A stretch of DNA of 64,000 nt from IMG/VR virus record IMGVR_UViG_3300033463_000003, one strand, 5' to 3'. How positions within the stretch are numbered: the stretch's first letter is position 1; each line of letters begins with the position of its first letter. The position numbers were made by a program, and so were the translations under genes. The notes under the pieces were generated by a model. The model was not told where the DNA came from, did no database searches, and saw only the letters and a program-made list of their open reading frames with translations. Positions 48,395 through 58,855 of the stretch are shown piece after piece. Source of the DNA: a virus (lineage: Duplodnaviria > Heunggongvirae > Uroviricota > Caudoviricetes).

Positions 48395-51223
48395 ATGACT
48401 ACTTATGCAGCATATAATTTAAATGAAGATATTAGAAAAAAGAGTTCCTCAGGGGGAGTTTTTTACGAATTAGCTAAATATACTATTGAACATGACGGCT
48501 ATGTTTTTGGAGCAGCTTGAAATAAAGATTGATTTGTTGATATATGTTATATTAAGAAGCTAGAAGACTTACCAAAATTAATGGGGTCTAAATATGTAAA
48601 AGCTGATAATAAAAATACTTTTAAAGAATGTAAAGAATTTTTAGATTCTGGAAAACAAGTTTTATATTCTGGTACTCCTTGTCAAATATATGCATTAAAA
48701 TTTTTCCTTAAAAAAGATTATGATAATTTATTAACTGTTAGTGTTGCTTGTTTTGGGACTACTCCGCTTGTTGTTTGAAAAGACTACTTAGAAACAATTA
48801 AAAGACCAGATGCTGAAATAACAGAAATAAACTTAAGAGATAAATCTGATACTAATTGAAATAATTATAAATATACTATTAAATATTCTGATGGAAAAAT
48901 AATCTCAGAAAACCATTTAAATAATAAATATTCAAAAGCATATATAAGTGCTGGTTATTTTAATAAACCATGTTATAATTGTATAGCCAAAAAAGAGTTA
49001 AAATCTGATATTTCTATTGGTGATTTTTGAGGAGTTCAAGAAGCTTTGCCAAAAATTGATGCAAAGCTTGGAGTTAGTTTTATTATCTGTAACTCAAACA
49101 AAGGTGAAAAGATTATTAAAGCTCTTAATAATCTAAAGCTTGAAGAAATTAAAGATATAAATAAAGTTAAAAAATTTAACCGTGGAATTCAAGAGACTCC
49201 AGGAACTAAAGAGACTACTTATAATAAAAATATTTTTAGGAAAAAAGTAGCAATAGTTACAATGAATTTACATTTTAATATTGGAACAGCTTTACAAGCT
49301 TATGCCTTACAAAAAGTTATTTTAGATAATGGTTATGATTGTGATGTAATTACATGAGCTCGTAAAGATAGACTTCATTTTTGTGATACCTATATTAAAA
49401 TGAGAATTTTACCTACTGCACAAGATTATGATAAAATAAAAGAATCTGACTATGATATATTTGTAGTTGGTAGTGACCAAATTTGGAGAAAAAACACTAG
49501 TTTAAAAGACTATAAAGAAAACTATATTAATTACCCATTTTTAGGATTTACTGCCAACTGAAGCAAAGTTAGATTTTCATATGCAGCTTCATTTGGAACT
49601 TCTTGACAATATGATAAAGCAGAAGACGAAAAAATAACAAATATTTTAAAGCAATTTAATGCACTATCTACCAGAGAATTAAGCTCAATTATAGACTGCG
49701 AAGATAAGCTTGGCCTAAATTTTGAGCAACATATTGACCCAACTATGTTGCTAAACAAAGAAGACTACCTAAAGCTTTGTTCAAATATTACTGCAAATCA
49801 TAATAAAAATATTTTTAAATATATTTTACATGAGACAACAGATAAAACTAATTTTATTAATGAAAAAGCAAAAAAATTAGGATTACCAATAACTACACAT
49901 AATAAACTATATGTGGTAGACTGGCTTGCTAAGATGCGTGATACTAGTTTAGTAATTACAGATTCTTTCCATGGTGTGATTTTTTCTATTATTTTTAATA
50001 AACCATTTATTTACTGAAATACTAGAGACAGTGGTAAAGCTCGTTTTGAAACTATTGAAAAATTATTTAATATCCAGAATAGACAAATTAAAGATAATTT
50101 TACTATTACTGATGAATTGCTTAAACCGGCTAATATTAATTTAAATAATAACAGACAAAAAAGTTTGGATTATATATTAAAAAATTTGGCCGCTGTACCA
50201 CAACAATTAACTATTAACCTTTCACAAAATAAATTAAACTGGCAAAAAAATAATAAACAAGCCTGAATGTTATTTTTAAGCTCAGATAACTATATTTATT
50301 ATGTATTAAATGTTTATAAAAATTTATTAGATCACAATACTAAATATGCAGTATGCTGTGGTTATACAGAAGATGTTAGTCAAACAACTGTTAATATATT
50401 AAATAAATGTGGGATTATTACCTTTAAACTTGATACTAAAGCTATTTTGCATGAAAATATTAAACTTAGGGGCATATCTAATTGAATTAAAGCTTTTACA
50501 AAACTTGGCTTATTGAAGAACCAGCTTAATTTAGATAAAATGATCTATCTAGATTCTGACTTAGGAATTTATGATAATATTGATGAATTATTTAATAAGC
50601 CACATATGAGTGCAGTGCTAGATGGTGCGCCACTTCCAAATAGAAAACCTGGACCATATCAAATTGGAGATTCTATTTTTTGTTCTGGTCTGTTTGTTTG
50701 AGATTTTAAGAATAATAATAATGATGCTAATAAATTATTACAATTATTACCAAAGCTTCCAAAAGATGTAGAATGACATGACCAAAATGTTTTAAACTAC
50801 TACTATAAAGACTGACAAAATCAAAAAAATTTACATTTAGATTATACATATGGTCTTATGACTACTATTCCTAAATTTAAATTTGTTAACCCAGTTAGAG
50901 GTAAAAACTGACCTAAAGTTATACACTATATAGCTGGCCAAGGTGAGAAAACAAAAATACCATTTATAAATCAAAAATTTAATCTTCAAAGTTGATGTGA
51001 TATGCTATTAATAGATGATTACTATACTGAAATAAATAATAGCATTATTGCATTAAAACAATTATATGATTTTGATTTGCCTCTTATTAGTACTCAAAAT
51101 ATTGTACATAAAAAAGCAGATAAAATTGCAGCCAAAGAAGAAACTATAAAGTGAGCAGAAATAGAACAAAAGAAAAAAGATATACGTGCAGATGGCAGAC
51201 CAAATACTTACCTATATTTTTAA
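48395..51223 (+). CDS. 942-aa fusion: FrhB-like (F420 hydrogenase beta) + polysaccharide pyruvyl transferase + GT8 glycosyltransferase (17 TGA=Trp)
   Basis: Single frame with no TAA/TAG; SSSGG, GSKY, GTPCQ, IGDF(W)G; GSDQIW, YAASFG, DPTML, TDSFHG; FTKL, YLDSD, DQNVLN, VIHY. Confidence 0.88.
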
Positions 51224-51232
51224 GGAGATTAT

Positions 51233-52021
51233 ATGATAAAAAAATACTTCGGAATTATTTCTTGGTTCCCAGATGATGAACCGCATAGGGGCCAAAGACT
51301 CAGTAGACTAAATCAAACATTTAAACATTTAACTGATTTATTTGGAACAGAAATAGAATTTTTAATTATTGCTCAAAACTGGAAAGATTATAAGGTTCCT
51401 GAATTTGTTAAGCACACTATAATTCATAAATTTGATAAGCTTGGTATTCTTGGAGCCAGAAAAATGCTACGTGAAAAATTCTTAGAAAGTGACTATGATT
51501 ATCTAATTATGTGTGATGATGATATTGTATTAAAACCAGAGATTGAAAATGCACCACAAAAATATATGGAAGAATTAGACAAATATCCACAAGGTTTTTC
51601 ATTTGTTAGATATGGCTGGTCGCTAACTTTTTGTGCAATTTCTAAATATATTTATGAAAAAGAGCCTATGGTTGATGTAGACCCAGAAAAGAATGAAGGA
51701 TATGAAGATATGGTATTTCCTTTACTTCTTCATTATAAATACCCACAAAATGAATTCAAAACAAGTAATTTATTTAGTTTCCACCAACATGAGGCAAAAT
51801 TCAAAAAAGATCACAAGTCTACATGGATGGTAAGAGGTATTGATTATAATGAAATACAAATAAATACTGATACCTATACTAAAAATTTTAAAGAGGGTAA
51901 TTTTAATATCGAAAAAATCAAAGAGGATATTAATAAATACTGGGCAGAAAGAAAAGCACAAAACAGTTATAACCCAAAACATGTTGCTGATGGACAAGAT
52001 AATTGTTTCTTATATTTCTAA
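51233..52021 (+). CDS. GT-A fold (GT2-like) glycosyltransferase
   Basis: GILGARKML, YLIMCDDDIVL, YEDM. Confidence 0.7.
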   Translation: MIKKYFGIISWFPDDEPHRGQRLSRLNQTFKHLTDLFGTEIEFLIIAQNWKDYKVPEFVKHTIIHKFDKLGILGARKMLREKFLESDYDYLIMCDDDIVLKPEIENAPQKYMEELDKYPQGFSFVRYGWSLTFCAISKYIYEKEPMVDVDPEKNEGYEDMVFPLLLHYKYPQNEFKTSNLFSFHQHEAKFKKDHKSTWMVRGIDYNEIQINTDTYTKNFKEGNFNIEKIKEDINKYWAERKAQNSYNPKHVADGQDNCFLYF

Positions 52022-52108
52022 CCTAAATATGCTATAATACATAGTATTATTTACTTTTATTTGCTAAATTAATTGATATGAACGCCAATAGGAGGAGTTT
52101 TATAGAAG

Positions 52109-52834
52109 ATGACTAAAAAAGATGTTGCCGATGAAATAAAACTTGAACTTACTGGCCAAATCTTAGAACTTGAAATCGATGACTCAACAATTGACCTTAT
52201 AATTAGTAAGGGATTACGTGAGCTTCAAAGATTCTGGGATGAGTCATCAATGATAAGCGTTCCATATGCTTCTTGTATTGATTACTCAGGAACACCATTA
52301 GAAGATTCAAGCTCAATTGTTAAGGTATATAGAACGCAAGGCTTAGGTGTTGCAGGTGGTACAACTGATATATCTGTAAACTCTGACCCACTATATATGC
52401 AACAATGAATGATCTTCAGTAATGGTGGAACAATGTATAATTTAAATGATTATGTAATGAATTATGCAGCTTGGAGTACCTTATCCCAAATCAAAAATAC
52501 AATTTCTACAGATATGGCATTCAGAGAGGACAAGCACAATCACAAGCTCTATATTAATTGTGCTATGGGAGCTCCTAGCGGAATTACAATAGAGTATATA
52601 CCAAAATTACAAAAAGTTGAAGATATTAAAAGTGATTATTGAATTGATATACTAATTAAATTATGCTTAGCGTTAACAAAAATAACACTTGGCAGAATTA
52701 GAACCAGATTTACCCAATCAAATACACTTTGGGCACAAGATGGTGAAACAATGCTAAGTGAAGGAACCACTGAGCTTAAAGAATTACGTGATATGCTCAC
52801 ATCGAATTCTAATTTAATTTATCCAATTGATTAA
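52109..52834 (+). CDS. Neck/head-completion protein (gp13-like), 2 TGA=Trp
   Basis: Track fragments joined at TGA 52406 and 52640; LGRIRTRF...DGETMLSEG. Confidence 0.7.
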
Positions 52835-52853
52835 TAAGGAGAGTTGAATACCT

Positions 52854-55367
52854 ATGGAAAAACAACCAATTACAAAATTTGACCTTGAGGCTGCATTCAA
52901 AGCTTTAGACGAAATTGAAGTGCCTGCTGTTGAAGGTGGAATTATCGCTAATAAACCAGCTGTTTTATTTGAAGATATTAAAAGAGCTGATAAAACTTCA
53001 TTATTACTTGAAGATTACTATGATTTAGGCAGTAATGAAGATTTAGAACAAGCTAAAGAAGATCGCGAAGCAGAAGTTGCAAAAGCTAAACTTGCTAAGA
53101 TTGAAAAAATCGTTGACCTTGATGCTGAAACAGAAGATGACATACAACCTTCATATGTTGGCAAAGTTATTATTCAATGCCCACAATGTATGACACTCTT
53201 CTACAAAAACCCAGAAGATATTGAATATTCTGAAGAAAACCCAGATGTTGTTAATATTAATGAAACATGCCAACACTGTGGAAATAACTCAGGCTATACA
53301 TTAATCGGTAAGGTTGATAATGTTTCTGAAGAAGAAGCTGATAAGTATGAAGGTGGCGAAGAAGCTGCTGAAGAAGATGACCTTGACCTTGACTTTGGTG
53401 AACCAACTGAAGAAGTTGATGCTGAAGGAACTGGCGAGGCTGAAGTTGACGAAGAAGATGCTTTTGATTTAGATATTGAAGAAGAACCAGAAGAAGAGGC
53501 TGAAGAAGAAGTTAAAGAATCACTTAATGAAGATGCTGAAAGTGATGCTGAAGAAGAAGTTGAAGAAACTGCTGAAGCTGAAACCCTTGGTGAATTAGTA
53601 GATGAATTAACAGTTGCCGAAGAAGAAACACCTGTTGAATTTAAGCCAGTTGAAACACCAGAAGGTGAGGAGCTTGAAGTTAAAGGTTTAGAAATTGAAA
53701 CAGAAGAAGATCCAGAAAAGGTTGTTATTTCTGTTGATGTTGAAGCTAAAGAAGAAGGCTCTGAAGAAGCTAATGAAGAAGCAGCTGAAGAAGAAAAAGA
53801 AGAAGAAGAAGAACCTGTTGAAGAAAGCTTAAATGCTTCTGAAGAACAAAAAGATGCTGAAGAAGGTTCTGAACTTAAAACTGAAAATGAGTCTGAAAAT
53901 TTAACACTTAATGAAGAAACTGTTAATGAAGGTGTTGATAAAGATTTAGATGCAAAATTAAAAGCACATAATGATTATATTGCTTATCTTCAACAAATGA
54001 TTAAGCAAGAAGAAGAAGCTTTAGCAAAAGCAGACAATGAAGAAGTTAAAGCAGCTATTCAAAGAAGATTAGATGCTTTTGAACAAGATTTAAAAGATGC
54101 TTTGCCAGAAGCTGTTAAAGAAGAAGCTGAAGTTGAAGAATTACCAACTCCAGAAGAAGCCGGAGCAGAAGAAGTTAAAGAGGAAGAAAAAGTAGAAGAA
54201 AGCTTAAATGAAAGTTTAAATAATTCAGAAGTCCAAGCAGAAGCTAAAGAAGAAAGTGAATTAGCAACTGAAAATGAATCTGAAGAAAAAACACTCAATG
54301 AAGATGTTTCTGAAATTGAATCAGCTCTTACACAATTCTGCAACAGTTTAGATGAAAGCTGCGAAGGTGAAGAGTGTAAAGAATGCAAAGAAGATCTCAG
54401 CACTGAAATGAAATTAGCTGAATACGAAGCATCATTACCAGAATCATGTGCAGAAGGTAAAGACTGTAAAGAAGAAGTTTGCCCAAAATGTGGTAAAGCT
54501 CCTTGTGAATGTGAAAGCTTAAAAGAAGCTTCTGCTAGTGAATTTGAAGTTTCTGATGCTGATTTTCACAAGATGATTAACAGCCAATCATTTAAAGATT
54601 TTAGTGAAGAATTAGAAGAACATATTAATGAAGAACATCCAGCAATTGAAAGTGAACAAGAATATCAAGGTGTTGATAATCAAGTAGTTCCTTGTGAAAC
54701 AGAATTATTAATGACTCACTCTGAAGATGAAAAACCATTAGATTGCAAAATGGAAAAACCAGCCCTTGAAGAGCCAGTTGCTGGTGAACAAATTGATGTT
54801 AAAATTACTGAGGATACATTAACTGAATCTCCATCTGATATCTGCAATATGGCTGTTTATAAAGATGTTATTAATAGAATTGAACATGCTGGTGAAAGTG
54901 CTGTTGAAGAAGATTTAGAAGATAAGCATGATGAAACAGCTGAAAAAGAAGAAACAGATAGTGCAGAAGAAGTTGATAAAGTTATTAAAACTTGGGAAAG
55001 CTTAGAAGATTTACATGAAGCTTCATTAGATGATCATATTTCTGATTATTTAACTGAAGTATATTCTAATGTTGATAGCTTCCAAACAACAGCTTGCTCC
55101 CAAGAAGATAATAAATTAATTGTTGAAGGAAATATCTTATTCAAATCAGGCAATTCAAGAAAAACAACATTTGAATTTACCGAAAATAAAGAAGCTGAAA
55201 AAGAAAATGCCTCACAAGTTATTTATGAAGGCTTAAATAAAGATTTCGCTGATGCTCCAGCATTTACTTTAAAAGGTATTGCTGAAGAAAACGGAAAAAT
55301 TCTTGTTACAGAAAGCTTTGGCTATAAATATACAATTAACAATACTTTAGTTGAAGGTTTAAAATAA
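52854..55367 (+). CDS. Very acidic putative prohead-core/internal protein with Zn ribbon
   Basis: CPQC..CQHC, repeated ESLNE, internal ~30-aa duplication. Confidence 0.7.
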   Translation: MEKQPITKFDLEAAFKALDEIEVPAVEGGIIANKPAVLFEDIKRADKTSLLLEDYYDLGSNEDLEQAKEDREAEVAKAKLAKIEKIVDLDAETEDDIQPSYVGKVIIQCPQCMTLFYKNPEDIEYSEENPDVVNINETCQHCGNNSGYTLIGKVDNVSEEEADKYEGGEEAAEEDDLDLDFGEPTEEVDAEGTGEAEVDEEDAFDLDIEEEPEEEAEEEVKESLNEDAESDAEEEVEETAEAETLGELVDELTVAEEETPVEFKPVETPEGEELEVKGLEIETEEDPEKVVISVDVEAKEEGSEEANEEAAEEEKEEEEEPVEESLNASEEQKDAEEGSELKTENESENLTLNEETVNEGVDKDLDAKLKAHNDYIAYLQQMIKQEEEALAKADNEEVKAAIQRRLDAFEQDLKDALPEAVKEEAEVEELPTPEEAGAEEVKEEEKVEESLNESLNNSEVQAEAKEESELATENESEEKTLNEDVSEIESALTQFCNSLDESCEGEECKECKEDLSTEMKLAEYEASLPESCAEGKDCKEEVCPKCGKAPCECESLKEASASEFEVSDADFHKMINSQSFKDFSEELEEHINEEHPAIESEQEYQGVDNQVVPCETELLMTHSEDEKPLDCKMEKPALEEPVAGEQIDVKITEDTLTESPSDICNMAVYKDVINRIEHAGESAVEEDLEDKHDETAEKEETDSAEEVDKVIKTWESLEDLHEASLDDHISDYLTEVYSNVDSFQTTACSQEDNKLIVEGNILFKSGNSRKTTFEFTENKEAEKENASQVIYEGLNKDFADAPAFTLKGIAEENGKILVTESFGYKYTINNTLVEGLK

Positions 55368-55437
55368 AAAGATACTTATATAGGACCGATACACAGTATT
55401 AGGCCCTATTTTATTAAGAAGCAATGGGAGGCTATGT

Positions 55438-55947
55438 ATGTCTGATACACCAAATAACTATGGCATATTATTAAATAAAAATATTAAATTGCATAGAAAC
55501 TGGTTTAAGCAAATGACAAAGCTTATCGGTATCAACTGCATTTATAAAGCTCCACTACCTGGAAAACATTTTGACACACATGGTGATTTAGATGCTGACT
55601 ACTTCCCAGGAAAATTAGTTGGCTGCATTTTTCAAGATCATCCAGACCAAAAAACATTAAAGAAAATGGGATGGGTCGCTGAATTACAAGAAGGCTCATC
55701 TGTTATCCATGTTCCATATGATTTACCAGATTTACAAGTAGGCGCGCTTTTTATCGTACCTAGCGGAATAGACAATGCACAAGGCCGTGTTTTCCGTGTA
55801 ATTAGTATGCAAAATATTATGGTTTATCCTGCTTCTATTGCCTGTGAAATTGCTCCTGAATATATTGATGATGTTGAACCAGTACTAACAAGAGACTTTG
55901 AAGATACTAATTTTACAATGCTTGTAGACCATGAGGAGGATGACTAA
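55438..55947 (+). CDS. Putative head-closure/neck protein (gp14-like)
   Basis: 169 aa beta-rich; position in the neck module. Confidence 0.5.
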   Translation: MSDTPNNYGILLNKNIKLHRNWFKQMTKLIGINCIYKAPLPGKHFDTHGDLDADYFPGKLVGCIFQDHPDQKTLKKMGWVAELQEGSSVIHVPYDLPDLQVGALFIVPSGIDNAQGRVFRVISMQNIMVYPASIACEIAPEYIDDVEPVLTRDFEDTNFTMLVDHEEDD

Positions 55948-55948
55948 T

Positions 55949-57733
55949 ATGAATAAATTTATATTAAGTGAATTAGCCTCAAAGTTTATTTTAGCTGAAA
56001 AGTATATTTTAACTGAAGCGACTGCTGAAGAAAAAAATAAAGCTAAAGAAGCATATTTAAAAGCTAAGGATGCCTTTAATAAAATATATCCAAATGCAAA
56101 AACTTTCCTAGAAGAAGCAAACGGCTCTAAAGAATTAACTACTGATGAAAAGTTTATTAATGAAATTAAACCATTAGAAAAAGAAATTGCTGCTGGAACT
56201 ATTACTGATGTTCTTGATTTAAAGAATAAAGGCAAAGAATATATTGATAAAGTATCAGCCAAACTAGATAAAATCCCAAACTTTGAAGAAAAATACCCAC
56301 AAATTGACCAACTAGTTTTTGATATTAAAAACCTTATTGAAAAAGGTAAAGATGAAGATATTAAAGGTAGACTTGGTAGTGAGGTTGAAAAACTTGGTGC
56401 AACTGTTGATGAAGTTTTTGGTAGCAGTGAAAAAGCTGATGCTGATAAAACAGTTAGCGAAAATGCATTAAAAAATCTTAATAATATAAATGATTTTGAC
56501 ATTTCTGCAGCATTAGAAGCTATGGATAATGGTGATGAAAAAGATGAATTAGCCAATGCTGTATATGGTGAATTAGGAAATATTACTACTATATTAACTG
56601 ATATTACTAAAACTATTACTGATGCTGTTGGTAAAAAAGATACATCTGATGCTGCTTTAGCAGCTTTAAATGATGCACTTACTGACGCATATGATAAATT
56701 AAAAGAAAATAAAAAAGCCGCATCATTAGCAGATTTAAGTAATAAAAATAAGAGTGCTGAGGAAAGTGAAGATGCTGCACACCTTATAGACCTATTAAAA
56801 GCTGCAAAGAATGATCCAAAAGCATTTGAAGCTGCACTTATGTCAATATTAAAATTAGCTTTTGGTTCTAATGATGACCTAATTAACGCTATTTTAAAAT
56901 TAAATGTTGATGGTGCTATTGCTGATGAAATTATACATTATGGCCCAGATGCTAAACAAAATCCATTTTTATATTTCTTAGATAAAAACCAAGATTTATT
57001 AAAAAATGGTAGTATAACGCCTGAAAAATATAAGATAATTCATAATGCTTTTGTTAAAGGTAATGCTTCTGGAGTATTTGGTGATGCTGATTTAAGAGGT
57101 ACTGGTAGATTTGGAAACTCTGATATTATTTTTAGCGGTTCACTTTATGACTATGGCCCAGATGATATTACTAAGTACTTTAATTTAAGGGAACAAGTAA
57201 TTAACCTATTTAATGGCTCAACAAAATTTAGTAATGATTTATTAGCTGAAAAATATCAAAATAATATTAAAAACTTCTTTGCTGATTTAATGTATGAAGG
57301 CGGCGATTTATTTAACCCAAAAGGTAGTGCTGCTGGACCTTCTGCAAATAGACAACTTAAAGGACTTAAAGCAATTGAAGATGAATTAAAAAATTGTTTT
57401 GATGAAGAAGCACTTAAAAATAGCAAACCAAAAGGAACAACAGCTGTTAATGAAAAAGTTGTTAAAAGCTGGATTGAATCTCTTGGTGGTGATAAGAGAA
57501 AAGTTGGTCAACTTATCATCTACTTAGCAACAAGATTTGTTTCTGCTTCAAGTGCAAAAGCTGTTCAAGAACTTTTGGATAAATATGCCGAAACAAGAAA
57601 AGTCCCGCTTGATGCTGCTAATATTGTACCACTTAGTACAACAATTGGGAAACCTGATATTACAGATAAAAATCTTGCTGATGTAATTAAACAGATTGCA
57701 GAAGCAGCAGGACTAGAAGGTGCTGGAGCTTAG
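55949..57733 (+). CDS. Hypothetical helical protein
   Basis: ATG 55949 after GGAGG; N-terminal FILSE/FILAE/YILTE repeats. Confidence 0.75.
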   Translation: MNKFILSELASKFILAEKYILTEATAEEKNKAKEAYLKAKDAFNKIYPNAKTFLEEANGSKELTTDEKFINEIKPLEKEIAAGTITDVLDLKNKGKEYIDKVSAKLDKIPNFEEKYPQIDQLVFDIKNLIEKGKDEDIKGRLGSEVEKLGATVDEVFGSSEKADADKTVSENALKNLNNINDFDISAALEAMDNGDEKDELANAVYGELGNITTILTDITKTITDAVGKKDTSDAALAALNDALTDAYDKLKENKKAASLADLSNKNKSAEESEDAAHLIDLLKAAKNDPKAFEAALMSILKLAFGSNDDLINAILKLNVDGAIADEIIHYGPDAKQNPFLYFLDKNQDLLKNGSITPEKYKIIHNAFVKGNASGVFGDADLRGTGRFGNSDIIFSGSLYDYGPDDITKYFNLREQVINLFNGSTKFSNDLLAEKYQNNIKNFFADLMYEGGDLFNPKGSAAGPSANRQLKGLKAIEDELKNCFDEEALKNSKPKGTTAVNEKVVKSWIESLGGDKRKVGQLIIYLATRFVSASSAKAVQELLDKYAETRKVPLDAANIVPLSTTIGKPDITDKNLADVIKQIAEAAGLEGAGA

Positions 57734-57736
57734 TTT

Positions 57737-58066
57737 ATGTTATTTATTGCACAAAGCCATAAATATACACCAAAAGGACTTGTTAAAATAAAGATAAAAA
57801 GAATTGCTAAATATCATGTCTACCATTGAAAATTATCTGGAAATGATATAGCAGTTGATAATTATTGTAAACAAAAATATAATAAATCATTAAAAGAAGT
57901 TTGTTGATATATTATTGATAAAATAAAAGTATTTATAAGCAATGATGAAAATCAATATATTATAATACTTGAAGATAAAAATTTAGATAAGCTTGCCCAT
58001 ATAATCACTTATGGTAATGGTGAAATTGGTGGAAGTCAAATATTACAAAAAGCATTTATATTCTAA
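57737..58066 (+). CDS. Hypothetical protein (2 TGA=Trp), absent from ORF track
   Basis: 109 aa filling the gap exactly; ends IITYGNGEIGGSQILQKAFIF. Confidence 0.7.
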
Positions 58067-58084
58067 GAAAGGGAGTAATCAAAT

Positions 58085-58762
58085 ATGGCAATAAGATATT
58101 ATGATGATGCTATTATAAAAAAATTACTACGCTGGGTACCAGAAAACCAGGGCCTACGTGTTTTAAAGCCAGATGAAACAAAAAGATTATTTGAAATAAT
58201 TGCTGATGATACTAATGACAAACCAATTAGACTTCCATTCATTGCCCTTTCAAGAAATACAGATATTGAACTATTATCAAACATTAAACAAAACAAATCT
58301 TTTGATGGTTTATGATTAAATAACAACAAACTTGACCTCAATAATAGAGTAATTGAAGAAAGTTCAAGCACAACAATATTCAATGTTATTCCAATTCTTC
58401 CACAATATCAACTAGATATTTATACTAAAACTTATGAAGAAGCGGATGAATTATTAAGAAATATACTATTTAAATTAATTAATAATCCTGCAATTTATAT
58501 TTCAATTCCTTATAATGGACAAAATATAACGCACATTGCAAATATCAGAGTTTTAAGTGGTTTAGCTGATAATAGTGGTATTAATGAGCGTATATTTTCT
58601 GGCCAATTTACTAGATGAACAATACAGCTTGAAATTCATGACGCCTTCCTATTCAGCATACCATATAGAAATAACTGAAGAATTGGTGAAAGTGCCCTCG
58701 AAGTGTCTGAAAAAATGGACTTAGATGGCGAAATTGAAGTTGCATATAGCAATAAAAATTAA
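58085..58762 (+). CDS. Tail terminator/sheath stabilizer (gp15-like), 3 TGA=Trp
   Basis: RLPFIALSR, YQLDIYTK; TGA at 58313, 58616, 58676. Confidence 0.7.
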
Positions 58763-58855
58763 TTAAAAGCAATTTAATAAATATGCTAAATTAATTGAGT
58801 TATGAAAATATTATAACTTTTTAGAGACAGAAGTTAACAATAAGGAGAAATACAC

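Noticed and set aside
40680-49030. TGA as Gly (code 25) or selenocysteine
   Set aside because: The contexts SP*F, GDF*G and FPY*R are conserved Trp positions; TGAs are too numerous and not at Cys sites.
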